This document shows, piece after piece, positions 23,365 through 32,661 of a DNA stretch of 34,841 nucleotides. Within the stretch, counting starts at the first letter, position 1; every line of letters starts with the position of its first letter. The position numbers were made by a program, and so were the translations under genes. The notes beneath the pieces were generated by a model. The model was given only the letters and a program-made list of their open reading frames with translations. It made no database searches and was not told the DNA's origin. This stretch comes from a virus, in IMG/VR virus record IMGVR_UViG_3300012964_000008, positions 1 to 34,841 of that record; one strand, written 5' to 3'.

Positions 23365-24803
23365 TACCTGATCTCCGGGTAGGAATATACGGGGAAGGTC
23401 GGGATCTTGCCTTCTCGCATCTCCTGGGCTGCTTCCTGGGCAGTTTTCAGGATGCTCCCCAATCTGTGATACTTCTCATCGAAGTAGGCCTTCTTGTTCT
23501 GGCCGATACTGTGCTCCCCGGTGAGGATGGAGAGGATCTGATCCACTTGATGTTCTGTCGGTTGTTCATGCCAGGGAAGGGATCGGCTGCCAGGTGGCGG
23601 GGATTCCATCTCGTCCCCCCAATCGTCGGTTGCGCTGTCCTCCGGCTTCTTTTCCTCCTCCAGTTTGACAGGTCCATACCGTTTCTCATATTCCTCGATG
23701 ATCTTCTGCTTTTCATCGATCCGATCAAGACCCTCCTGGATGGCGGTCTTCAGGGTATATTCCCGTTCCTCCGCGTCCTTTAACTGCCTCTGAAGCTCCT
23801 CTACCATTTGCTCCTGGGTGTGTAGCTCTGGCAGATAATCCCTTCGTGGTTTCCCTGGAGAAGGGGGCGCCTTTTTTGGGGGAATAGGCGCAGTATTGGG
23901 AGGAGGGGTAACTTGAGGAGGCGCCACCTGGCCCTTCGATTTCCCGTACCCACGCTTATCGAAATATTGCTTCCACTGCTCATCAGTCCAGTTGCGCGAA
24001 TCCTCTTTCGGCTGCCCGGCAACCTCCATCCCGCCCATCTCCTGCATCGCCGCAACTGGCCAATCCTCTCCGGCCTGCGCCAACCTCTCCCATCTCTCCT
24101 GCTTCGGGTACGATAGATCCCGCTCGAATTCCCGATGAGGTTCGAGGTCGAGGTATGCATCCGGATCTGGTTCGTCTCCCGGTTGGATCGCATCATGGAA
24201 GCCCAAGATCCCCTGTTTCTCCAGATAACGGATCAGGCTAAGGGGAGCCTTCCATCCCCATTCTCCTTCCCCGTATCCGGTCGGTTTCACCGGTTCCCAT
24301 CGGCTCTCGATCAGGCGGATCAGAGCCTCATCCTTCGCATCGGTTTCGACCCTCTCCTTCTGATTGGGGAAGAGTTTTTCGATGGATGGCCGCACCCAGG
24401 ATACCGCCTCGGCAGGCAGGAAAGACAGGGCTCTCTCGTATCCCCCGTCCTGTTCCCGCTTCCATCTCCAGAGGATGAAGTGGAAGAGCTCATGGACCGA
24501 CCGCCGAAATACCTCCTCATCCGTGGACCAGACCCTTGGCTTCACGAAGGCCGTCCCTCCATAGTCCGGCCCGCTCGTTCTGGCGAAACCCACGATCCTC
24601 GAAAAGGCATGGGAATCCTTGAAAAGGTCCGCAACCTCTTTCTTCCAGATCTCCTCGTCCCTCGGCACGTAGAGCTCCACATCCGAGCCCGCATCGAGCA
24701 GGTGCAAGGCGTGAGGGCCGAAGAAGGAAAGAAGGCGCCTTTCTGGAGCATCCTCCCGGAAGATCAACCGGGCGAGATCGAATTTCTCATCCGTCTTGGC
24801 CAT
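23364..24803 (-). CDS. Internal virion protein (479 aa) with an HExxH metallopeptidase-like motif
   Basis: HELFH at residues 104 to 108 (24480..24494). Pro-rich linker APPQVTPPPNTAPIPPKKAPPSPGKP. TAATG coupling at both ends. Confidence 0.55.
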   Translation of the reverse strand: MAKTDEKFDLARLIFREDAPERRLLSFFGPHALHLLDAGSDVELYVPRDEEIWKKEVADLFKDSHAFSRIVGFARTSGPDYGGTAFVKPRVWSTDEEVFRRSVHELFHFILWRWKREQDGGYERALSFLPAEAVSWVRPSIEKLFPNQKERVETDAKDEALIRLIESRWEPVKPTGYGEGEWGWKAPLSLIRYLEKQGILGFHDAIQPGDEPDPDAYLDLEPHREFERDLSYPKQERWERLAQAGEDWPVAAMQEMGGMEVAGQPKEDSRNWTDEQWKQYFDKRGYGKSKGQVAPPQVTPPPNTAPIPPKKAPPSPGKPRRDYLPELHTQEQMVEELQRQLKDAEEREYTLKTAIQEGLDRIDEKQKIIEEYEKRYGPVKLEEEKKPEDSATDDWGDEMESPPPGSRSLPWHEQPTEHQVDQILSILTGEHSIGQNKKAYFDEKYHRLGSILKTAQEAAQEMREGKIPTFPVYSYPEIR

Positions 24804-26464
24804 TATCTTTCCTCATGGGGATAGGATTCCATGTTCTGCCGCAATTGCCTCTCATGTTCAAGGGCATCTATGTATCCCTGCAATCTCGTCCTGTATCGTT
24901 CATAATCAATAATGCTCAGTTTCTTGCGATCTCTCTCAAGTTCTTCTGGCGTCCGATATGGAAGACCAACCGCTAACGTCCTGGCCTGAATCCCCTGTTG
25001 ATCAGCCAGGGCCTTCAAATAGGGCCGGATGATCCGGGTCATCACCAGAAAAGGATCATTCTCCGGCTTGTCCGAGGCATAGAAGGCGCTCGATTTCCGG
25101 GCGAATTCCTCGGTAAAATTGGCCTTGAATGTCTCCGACATAGGATCGAGTTTCTCAAAGATGCCTCGCGTGGTTAACAGGCGTTCGGCGATGCCCTTGG
25201 CCTCAGAGTGTCGGCGCTGCAATTCGGACCTGCGCTCATCCTTCCTGCCTTCCGTGATCGTCCGCAAGGCTGTCTTGGCCGTTGTGCCCGTCTTCCAGTT
25301 GATTTCCCCCCGGGTGACGGCCGTATCGATCTCTTTGAAGGTTAATTTAGTCCGTGGATCATGGGATTCAAGCATGATTCTCTCTTTCTCCCGCGGATCT
25401 TCCGGGATCTCCCCCTCTCGGACATCCTTCTGCGCCTTCTCGTAGAGTTCCATCAAGCGGCGTTGCTGTTCGCCTCGCAGGAGACCCTGGCTCGACAGAT
25501 CCACGATGTCCATGTAGATGTCCCCGATCGGTATGGGAGGCTTAAAGCCTGGATCTTGACTTTGTCGTTGTAGGAAGTAGATCCGGTTAGAGAGATCGAT
25601 CTCAAGGTTATCCTGTCCGGTCTTGATCCTCTCCTCCAGATCCTTCTCGAACCGTTCCCGTTCCCGGATGATTTCCTGGGCCAGGTGCTCCGCTCGTACC
25701 CAGGCGGTCTGGCTTAATTGCTCTCGGCGTTCGGGTCTCAGGTTGATATAGTGAAGAGCCGGATCGGCTAACTTCTTGATTGCCTCAGTGGGATCGCGCT
25801 GAATGTCCCGCAGGGCCAGCATCGAATCATTGTTCTCCAGCCACTTCTGGCGGAGGGCCTCCGCATTGTCCGCCGACAAGGTGCGGCCTATGCGGATGTC
25901 AATCGCGGCTTCCCCCAGGGCGCGAAGACGGTCCATCTTTAGAGGATCATCAGTGCCATACAACTGATCGCTTGTTTGGTCGAGAAGCTGGGAGAGTTTG
26001 GCGCGGTCTGAGGAGACGAAGAGCTCGTTCTCCTGCCTTTTCGCTGCGGCATAGTGGGGGATCTTCAGCCGGCTGAGTTCCCGGTAGATATGCCGGGCCA
26101 CGATGGGATCGGTCGCCTGGGATAGGAGATCCTCTCGTATTGCCTCGAAACCGGTCTCGAAGTCGGAGGTATAGGTCCTCCAATTCGCCTTCTTAGTCAG
26201 TTCATCTTCAAGATCAGTCAGGCGGCCCTCTCCCTGGCTGACCAGAAATAGGATCTCATCGCCGCGACCTTGCTCTTGTTTCTCCTGTTCGATCTGCATA
26301 AAGGTTCGTGATAGTCCGAATCCCGAGCGGGAGAGTTCCTCACCCGCCTGGGCCAGCGCGGCATATTGCTGGATGATCGCATTGATCGGTATATTGGGAG
26401 CATAGGGCAGTCCCCGCTCCTGAAACCTACCGAATTCCTGACCCCAATATTCGGGAATTTTCAT
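24803..26464 (-). CDS. Internal virion protein (553 aa), helical
   Basis: Long charged helical protein between gp14-position and gp16-position genes. GGAG lies 7 nt before the ATG. Confidence 0.55.
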   Translation of the reverse strand: MKIPEYWGQEFGRFQERGLPYAPNIPINAIIQQYAALAQAGEELSRSGFGLSRTFMQIEQEKQEQGRGDEILFLVSQGEGRLTDLEDELTKKANWRTYTSDFETGFEAIREDLLSQATDPIVARHIYRELSRLKIPHYAAAKRQENELFVSSDRAKLSQLLDQTSDQLYGTDDPLKMDRLRALGEAAIDIRIGRTLSADNAEALRQKWLENNDSMLALRDIQRDPTEAIKKLADPALHYINLRPERREQLSQTAWVRAEHLAQEIIRERERFEKDLEERIKTGQDNLEIDLSNRIYFLQRQSQDPGFKPPIPIGDIYMDIVDLSSQGLLRGEQQRRLMELYEKAQKDVREGEIPEDPREKERIMLESHDPRTKLTFKEIDTAVTRGEINWKTGTTAKTALRTITEGRKDERRSELQRRHSEAKGIAERLLTTRGIFEKLDPMSETFKANFTEEFARKSSAFYASDKPENDPFLVMTRIIRPYLKALADQQGIQARTLAVGLPYRTPEELERDRKKLSIIDYERYRTRLQGYIDALEHERQLRQNMESYPHEER

Positions 26465-26476
26465 CGGATGTCTCCG

Positions 26477-27091
26477 CTAATAGGGACGACCGGAAGAGCC
26501 AGCGGTGGAAGCGCCGGTGGATCCTTGGGTATAGGTTTGAGCGCCATATTGCGAATATTGCTGTCCATAATAACTTGCCACCTGCGAACCAGCCTGAGCC
26601 GCTCCAGATTGTATAGATGACGCAGCCTGGAGATAACCTGAACTCTTTGCAGCCCTGGCGGCGGCCCGGAGATAACTCGCCTCCTTGAAGAGGCCGTGGG
26701 AGAGCATATGGGACTGCAGTTCTGCCGTATCGATGTCCTGACCGAACCAGTACTTCAGCCGGGAGATGTCCTCTTCGGCCCGCGCCTGGGATTCCATAGC
26801 GACAAGGAGCGGAGTTCCTTGCAATGTCACACCGGAGGCCCAATATCGCGCCCTCTGTGCTCCCAAGATCCGAGCGAGCTCCAGACGGCGAGCCTCGATC
26901 CTTTCCGCCTTTTGTCGTTTGAGTAATTCCGATTGTCGGCGACCTTCACGGGCTGCGAACTCTGCTTGCTCTTCCTTGAAGGCTGCCTGCTTATAGTAGA
27001 GGGTGCTCGCGGCTCTGCCTGCCTTAACAGATCCATAGGCCGACACCATGGATCCCATGACTCCGCCAACGATCGATGTGAGCCAAGACAT
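26477..27091 (-). CDS. Internal virion protein (204 aa), in the T7 gp14 position
   Basis: Hydrophobic N-terminus MSWLTSIVGGVMGSMVSAYG, a helical core and a Q/Y/S/G-rich tail. GGAGGA lies 7 nt before the ATG. Confidence 0.5.
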   Translation of the reverse strand: MSWLTSIVGGVMGSMVSAYGSVKAGRAASTLYYKQAAFKEEQAEFAAREGRRQSELLKRQKAERIEARRLELARILGAQRARYWASGVTLQGTPLLVAMESQARAEEDISRLKYWFGQDIDTAELQSHMLSHGLFKEASYLRAAARAAKSSGYLQAASSIQSGAAQAGSQVASYYGQQYSQYGAQTYTQGSTGASTAGSSGRPY

Positions 27092-27095
27092 GTCC

Positions 27096-27521
27096 TCATC
27101 CTCCGGGTATCAGCGCGAACATATAGTGGTCCCTGCCATACAGGTATTTGCGGAGCGTCCCCTCGTACTCAAACTTCATGATCCTCTTGACCAAGCGGAC
27201 CTGGACCGGCCTGTCTGTGAGGATGACCGCCTGGATTCGGTCCGGCCTCAAGTCCCGGACATGCGCCGCGAGATGCCGGCGGATCAGGGAGATCAGTTGA
27301 ATGGTGCGAGAGCTCGCCAGATCCGAGCAGACCAGCCAGGCTTCGTAGACCTTGGGGGCCATCTTCCGCATCCCGAAGCTTGCGATCACCCGACCTTGGA
27401 AATCGAACCAGGTGAGCCCGGGCCCGTCCATCAAAGCCTTCGCTATCTCCTTGAGATCTTTCATAGGCAGACCCGGATAAGCGGATCTGACGGAAAAGAA
27501 ATGATAGGGCTCATACGGCAC
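27096..27521 (-). CDS. Small virion-module protein (141 aa), in the T7 gp13 position, possibly GNAT-like fold
   Basis: GTG at 27521 lies 7 nt after GGAGGG and is preferred over the track TTG at 27536. The C-terminal RPVQVRLVKRIMKFEYEGTLRKYLYGRDHYMFALI resembles the GNAT C-terminal beta-strand region. Confidence 0.45.
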   Translation of the reverse strand: MPYEPYHFFSVRSAYPGLPMKDLKEIAKALMDGPGLTWFDFQGRVIASFGMRKMAPKVYEAWLVCSDLASSRTIQLISLIRRHLAAHVRDLRPDRIQAVILTDRPVQVRLVKRIMKFEYEGTLRKYLYGRDHYMFALIPGG

Positions 27522-27525
27522 CAGT

Positions 27526-29880
27526 TTACCCTCCAATTCCTATCTCCAGGCTGCCGTAGACGCAGACCACATGGGCGGTCAGGGGCTCGTCCTGGACGAT
27601 CTCGATCCGGCCATCCGGATCCCATCCGAGGTTCGTGATCCTCTTGTCCCCGGTAAAGGGGACGACTCCCTGATCCATAGGATCCCCGACCTGACGGAAG
27701 GGGATCTGCTCTCCATTGATCTGGATCCCGCTCGTATCCATCAGACGGACGTGGACATCCGACCATCTCTTTTGCACGCCCTGGGTGGTTCCATAGGGTG
27801 TGGTGATCTCCGGTCTTTGGGTGATGATCTTGCTTTGATAATGCAGTCCGGCCTGAATCTGGCTTGCCGGAGGATCGAGAGTCAGGCTTCCATCTGCGGC
27901 CACTATCTGGGTCGGATAGACGGCCCCATCCGCCACGATGTCCACCTCTTCCCCGATCAGATGGCCCAAGCCATAAACTTTAGAGGTTGGTTCCCCGCTA
28001 TAAGTTAGAGCGCAGTCGCAATTCAGATCTGGGTCCAGGTATTCCACGAATCGTTTGGTCTGTCCGTTGATCGTGCGTTTGATGGTCGCCCAGGGCTGAT
28101 CTTGCAGGATGGAAACATTCGGGATCACGCAAAAGGATTCGACCTCTCCATCGGTGGGATGTCGATGCCAGCCCACCGTATCTGAGATCTTCTCATAGGT
28201 GCAGGCGATTGGAACTCCGTCGCTTCTCACGGCCCAAAGCACACCGAAGGGCTCCTGTTGCCAGTCGATCTCGATGAGACCCGGCTCTGCGATATGATCG
28301 GATAATACCGAAAGGTCGCTCGCATTGTAAGCGTCCTGATCCCAGGCATAGACCAGTTCCATCACCTTCTTCTGGCTATACTGGATGAAGAGGACACTGT
28401 TGCCGACCCGGACCGGCATGGCATCCGCCACCCCGCAGGTTGAGTCGTTTCGGACATCCGGAGCGTTCGGGGTAAGGGGCCCTCCCTCCGCTCCTCTGAT
28501 ATTGAACTCGCCTCCGAGGGTGCCCGCCATGATCGAGCGGGAGGCCGCGAGCCAGAGGATGGTGTTGACCTTGGCGGAGTAGCAATAGAAGGTTACGGGG
28601 TCGTCATCGAGCGTCCCTGGTGTGAACTCCAAGGGTTTTCCGACCTTCGATCCCCAGGCGGTATGCGGGAAGGAATCGGACCCGGCGAAGTAGAGTCTTC
28701 CCTGCCAGAATGCCACCGCCCGGGGCCATCCCCGGTAATCCGACCAGGCTCCCTCGCAATGGCCTGTGCTGGCTGTCGTCGCGCCCAACGTCTTCTTGAC
28801 CGTGGCAGCAGCATGGGTGGTATCTGTCACAGCAGTGATCTGGACGTATCCCCAGGTTGGCGTGGTGGTTCCGTGCTTGATGCGCCAAAAGGCTCCGACG
28901 TGGCCGGAGTAGAACATCGGCGCGGAGGCAACGAGGTTGATGCTGCCCGTGGTTCCAGATGGAGTGATGGTCGTCGCGGTGATCTCATCCTGATAGGGAC
29001 CATCGATGAAAACCATTGGGTCCAGGGTCCAAACGGTATGTGACGTCCGGGTCAGTTGGTAGGGCTTATAGCCGGGACAGGCCATGTATAGGATATTCGC
29101 ATCCTGAGTCCAGCGGATCTGCCGGAGTTTGGAAACCGGATAGGGGCTGACCTTTTCGACGGGAAAATATTCATAACAATGGACATCATCTAATTTCGCC
29201 CCACCGATGGAGGTACGACGGAACTGGATATAAGTGGTGGTCGATCCGGCCCTAAAGGTATATACATACCAGGTGGATGAGTAGGGAACATACTCCTTGT
29301 CATTGAGGATCTCATTTCCGCCCGACGTGGTTCCGATTCGCAGATTGAGGTTGTCGGTATAGACCTTGAACCATAACTGATAAACACTGCCGATCACCGT
29401 GGTGGCCCCTTGCTGCGTCCAACCGATTCCTGCCCCACCTCCTCCATTGAGTTCCATCGCTTGCGATCCTGCATCCCATACGATGAAACCAGGGGCGATC
29501 GAAAGATCGGTCCAGCCAGAAATACCGCTACTAAAATCTCCATTGGTAAGTAAATTGACTCCCGTGGTGTATCTGATAAGAAACCCATCCATAAAAAACC
29601 GCATATACAGATCGCCAGCCTCGATGGCATAGGCTTGCTCGGTGCCGAAGATGAAGGGGATCAGCTTGGCCATCTTATCCTGATATTTGGTCTCGTCGGC
29701 ATAATGCCACCCTCCGCGCCGGAAGGCCCCTCCCTGCTTCTTTGCAATGAAGTTGGTCATCTCCTTCACGGATCGCGCATAGCGGGGGAGATCGATCCGG
29801 CCTTCCATGTCGGGAGCCCATTCCCCGCCTGAGAAATCCATATAGATATAATGGAACTTAGGCACTGACGTTCCTCGCAT
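27526..29880 (-). CDS. Tail tubular protein B-like (T7 gp12 position) with an inserted CBM-like jelly-roll
   Basis: 784 aa. N-terminal FSGGEWAPDMEGRIDLPRYARSVKEMTNFIAKKQGGAFRRGGW fits the podoviral tubular-B N-terminus pattern. An alternative ATG at 29841 avoids the overlap with the upstream gene. Confidence 0.65.
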   Translation of the reverse strand: MRGTSVPKFHYIYMDFSGGEWAPDMEGRIDLPRYARSVKEMTNFIAKKQGGAFRRGGWHYADETKYQDKMAKLIPFIFGTEQAYAIEAGDLYMRFFMDGFLIRYTTGVNLLTNGDFSSGISGWTDLSIAPGFIVWDAGSQAMELNGGGGAGIGWTQQGATTVIGSVYQLWFKVYTDNLNLRIGTTSGGNEILNDKEYVPYSSTWYVYTFRAGSTTTYIQFRRTSIGGAKLDDVHCYEYFPVEKVSPYPVSKLRQIRWTQDANILYMACPGYKPYQLTRTSHTVWTLDPMVFIDGPYQDEITATTITPSGTTGSINLVASAPMFYSGHVGAFWRIKHGTTTPTWGYVQITAVTDTTHAAATVKKTLGATTASTGHCEGAWSDYRGWPRAVAFWQGRLYFAGSDSFPHTAWGSKVGKPLEFTPGTLDDDPVTFYCYSAKVNTILWLAASRSIMAGTLGGEFNIRGAEGGPLTPNAPDVRNDSTCGVADAMPVRVGNSVLFIQYSQKKVMELVYAWDQDAYNASDLSVLSDHIAEPGLIEIDWQQEPFGVLWAVRSDGVPIACTYEKISDTVGWHRHPTDGEVESFCVIPNVSILQDQPWATIKRTINGQTKRFVEYLDPDLNCDCALTYSGEPTSKVYGLGHLIGEEVDIVADGAVYPTQIVAADGSLTLDPPASQIQAGLHYQSKIITQRPEITTPYGTTQGVQKRWSDVHVRLMDTSGIQINGEQIPFRQVGDPMDQGVVPFTGDKRITNLGWDPDGRIEIVQDEPLTAHVVCVYGSLEIGIGG

Positions 29881-30445
29881 CGATCAGCGGATTGTCCGTT
29901 ATGACCTGGCTCTGATTGTCCTCATCCAGATCCACCGCCCCGGCCTCCCCGACTTTGAGCTGATAGGCGGCGAAGAGTGCGGTCGACAATGCCGGATTGG
30001 ATGTGACCGGATAGGCGAGGTCCACCATGAGGCGGGCAATCACGGCCTCCACCAGGAGGGAATCCCATGCATTCGGATCGACCACCCTGCCGATAAACCA
30101 GAGATTCACCGTCTCCTCGTCGCAATGCAGTTTCCTACCCACGATCTTATATGGGATCAGGTTCCGGTCCGGATCGCCATCGATATAGAGCACCCGCAGG
30201 CAATAGGGATCGGAAGGAAGCTGGAATTGATAGGCATATCCGAAGGCGGGAGGATCGGAGAGCCGGGCCAACGATCGCTGGAAGGTGCAACATTTCCAGG
30301 GATGGACACGCTGCACCGCATCCCGGATCTCGGGATAGATGAGCCTGGAGAGCTTGGCCCGCTGGCTGTTCTCTCCGAGCTCCATGATGGTCGTGTCACC
30401 TAACTTCAAGAGGGCCGTGCTGCAAAGGTCCACTTCGGAAGGCAT
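29858..30445 (-). CDS. Tail tubular protein A-like / adaptor (T7 gp11 position)
   Basis: 195 aa. CSTALLKLGDTTIMELGENSQRAKLSRLIYPEIRDAVQRVHPWKCCTF fits the gp11-type N-terminus (N..L..iG...i..l.....a......y......l....W.F). Confidence 0.7.
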   Translation of the reverse strand: MPSEVDLCSTALLKLGDTTIMELGENSQRAKLSRLIYPEIRDAVQRVHPWKCCTFQRSLARLSDPPAFGYAYQFQLPSDPYCLRVLYIDGDPDRNLIPYKIVGRKLHCDEETVNLWFIGRVVDPNAWDSLLVEAVIARLMVDLAYPVTSNPALSTALFAAYQLKVGEAGAVDLDEDNQSQVITDNPLIDARNVSA

Positions 30446-32089
30446 CTATCTCCTCCTCCTTCTCATAATCTGATACCAGTCAAGTGCTCCTGGTGCTCCG
30501 GGGGGCTCAAGGGCCGCATCGTAACCGCTCAGGACGTATACTCCAATCTGCCCACTGAGAACCCGGTCAACCAATTCCGTGGTGCTAAATCCGGTCTCCT
30601 GGAAGACTCCAGGGTTAGCAACCAATACTCGCCCCACAATGGCCGCTGCATCTGCCCCAGTGAGGACGAAGACACCCGGCATAGCATCGAGGACATAGGC
30701 ACCTGGCACCACGTAAACCAGGTCGGCATCAAACCCAGTCAGGACAATTGCGCCTGGAGAGGCACTCAACATCCTATCAACCAATGCCGTGATGGATGCC
30801 CCGGAGAGGTTGATTGCTCCAGGGGAGGCACTAACAACCCTACCCGCGAAAGTCCCAGCATCATATCCCGTTAGGGAAATTGAAGCGGGAGAAGCACTTA
30901 ACAGGCGGTCCGCAATAGCTCCGATGGAGGCTCCACTTAGTGAGAAAGATCCAGGGTTGGCGGTGAGGGAGTATGCCGCCGCTCCTGACACCGCATAAGC
31001 CACTTCTGCGATCATTCCATAGATACCATTTACTGGTATTACATCCCCAGAATACCCCCATCTTGTTGATAAGGCATTAAGTTTGCTTTGTGTCCATGTC
31101 CCGCCTTCCGTGGGAATTGCCATAACCTGCTCAGGATAACAAAGCATCGAATAAGAACAATCATAGTCCGTATAAAGATCGAACGAATTTACCCAATCAT
31201 CAGAGGTTATTTTCTGTGTTATTAAGTTAGCCCCTGTCGAAGTTACGCTTTTGAGGGCAGTAATAAAATTAACTCCCATTGCATTTACTGATTCACTCAT
31301 ATTCTCAAAATTCATTGCCAGATAACCATCTGTACGAATGACACTTTGCATTATATAGTCGGTGAGGTCGCTGATAGGCTTATCGTCCACGTAGGAATAA
31401 CAGTCGGTAGCATCAACAGGGACGTTTGTAACGTTATAGTATTTGAAATCCCCTAAAGTGAAGGAATGTGTGCCATCTGAGGAAGGACTTAGGCTGAGAA
31501 CTTTCCAGAGATCCAGAGGGTAATCATCGGAAGTATAACTTATAACCGTCCCATCGATATAGACAGAGTGTACTGCGCCAGTATCTATAGCCCCTTGATA
31601 TAACAAAGTATTATTGGAGGCTGTTTGAGAAACAGAGACCTGCGTCTGTTCGACGCCATCGACACTCCAGTCAAGCGTATACGGATTAGCGGAAGTATTA
31701 AAACGAAGGTCAATCCTTTTGTAATTGGTAGTTCCGAGGGAAGGTCCTTCTTGGTAGGTCGTACCAATGTAGGCCCGAAGATTTCCAGCCGTCGTTACCT
31801 TAATATATGCCATTGCGTAGGGGTTAGCAATTTGCAATAACCTATCTTCGAGACCTGGGTTGGCGGACTGGCGTACCTTTGTTGACACTACGACTACATT
31901 GCTTGATATATTCCTGTAATGATAACCCTTTGAAGTATACTTAAAAGATTGTGTGCCTCCTTCCGAATCTATTATGCTGGTCTCAACGGCGACCGTGCCG
32001 GATATACCAGTCCAGTGGGCTTGAGTGGTGTTTGCTGGAGCTACAATTTGTCCGCACTCCGCTCCGCAGATTAATACTGGTGTCGCCAT
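30446..32089 (-). CDS. Chimeric virion-module protein (547 aa): AT-rich N-terminal beta domain plus GC-rich C-terminal repeats of about 22 aa
   Basis: The N-terminal roughly 358 aa are encoded by 28 to 43 percent GC DNA. The C-terminus carries about seven xSA(S/N)PGxxxL(S/T)Gxxxxxxx(D/G)R(L/V/M) units and a polybasic end, IMRRRRR. Confidence 0.6.
   Translation of the reverse strand: MATPVLICGAECGQIVAPANTTQAHWTGISGTVAVETSIIDSEGGTQSFKYTSKGYHYRNISSNVVVVSTKVRQSANPGLEDRLLQIANPYAMAYIKVTTAGNLRAYIGTTYQEGPSLGTTNYKRIDLRFNTSANPYTLDWSVDGVEQTQVSVSQTASNNTLLYQGAIDTGAVHSVYIDGTVISYTSDDYPLDLWKVLSLSPSSDGTHSFTLGDFKYYNVTNVPVDATDCYSYVDDKPISDLTDYIMQSVIRTDGYLAMNFENMSESVNAMGVNFITALKSVTSTGANLITQKITSDDWVNSFDLYTDYDCSYSMLCYPEQVMAIPTEGGTWTQSKLNALSTRWGYSGDVIPVNGIYGMIAEVAYAVSGAAAYSLTANPGSFSLSGASIGAIADRLLSASPASISLTGYDAGTFAGRVVSASPGAINLSGASITALVDRMLSASPGAIVLTGFDADLVYVVPGAYVLDAMPGVFVLTGADAAAIVGRVLVANPGVFQETGFSTTELVDRVLSGQIGVYVLSGYDAALEPPGAPGALDWYQIMRRRRR
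30509..30973 (-). repeat. In-frame coding repeats (period about 22 aa) in the 547-aa protein
   Basis: LTANPGSFSLSGASIGAIADRL / LSASPASISLTGYDAGTFAGRV / VSASPGAINLSGASITALVDRM / LSASPGAIVLTGFDADL... / LVANPGVFQETGFSTTELVDRV / LSGQIGVYVLSGYDAAL. Confidence 0.8.
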
Positions 32090-32095
32090 GTTATC

Positions 32096-32431
32096 TCACT
32101 TTTCTAACTTGATACCAACAGCCCCACCAGGGCCAGCAGGTTTTGTAAACGAGAAAGGGACAGCAGAACTCTCCAGGTTCCAAATATCAATCCTGGCCTT
32201 TACCGTGACGTTATGCGTACCTGCGGCCAACGTCGCTAAATCGTAATGCAACCTCTTCGTTCCATCCCCTAATGTCTGCGCTGCGCTGATTACAGAGGAA
32301 CCGGCATCAATCGTTATGACAAACTGATCCGGTTGTGCATCTCCTGTCGGATAAGGGTCACATATTAAGAACGGAGAAGCAAATGCCCATGTGGGAAGTA
32401 AACAAAGCGCAAGAACCGATATAATCTTCAT
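32096..32431 (-). CDS. Secreted beta-sandwich-like protein (111 aa) inside the virion module
   Basis: Signal peptide MKIISVLALCLLPTWAFA, then SP. AGGAGA precedes the ATG, and there is ATGA coupling to the upstream gene. The mature part is beta-rich (FVITIDAGSSV...HNVTVKARIDIW). Confidence 0.6.
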   Translation of the reverse strand: MKIISVLALCLLPTWAFASPFLICDPYPTGDAQPDQFVITIDAGSSVISAAQTLGDGTKRLHYDLATLAAGTHNVTVKARIDIWNLESSAVPFSFTKPAGPGGAVGIKLEK

Positions 32432-32661
32432 AATGTTTCTCCTATCTCCGCCTCAATGGCTGGGAATTTACAGTTAAGAAAATAATCAACCGTGAACACG
32501 CGGACGTCCCCACCTTTTTTGAGTGTGATCGTGTCCCCGGTCTTTGCGATCGTCCAGTTGCCGTTCTTCGTATCCTTAACCACAACGGAACGATCTACAC
32601 CGGTGACCAGGGCCTTGATCCCCCTCCAGTTCGTTATGGAAAAGATCACAGGGGACTCCAT
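32428..32661 (-). CDS. Hypothetical protein (77 aa)
   Basis: Co-directional ORF whose stop overlaps the next ATG. Confidence 0.5.
   Translation of the reverse strand: MESPVIFSITNWRGIKALVTGVDRSVVVKDTKNGNWTIAKTGDTITLKKGGDVRVFTVDYFLNCKFPAIEAEIGETL

Noticed and set aside
27403-27409. A GGTTCGA (T-loop-like) motif on the minus strand. A similar tcgaacc is at about 5154, as a possible tRNA.
   Set aside because: The flanking sequence does not form a T-arm (ACCTGG against TCCAAGGT does not pair) or a cloverleaf. Both sites lie inside well-supported coding sequence. No tRNA was found in the window.
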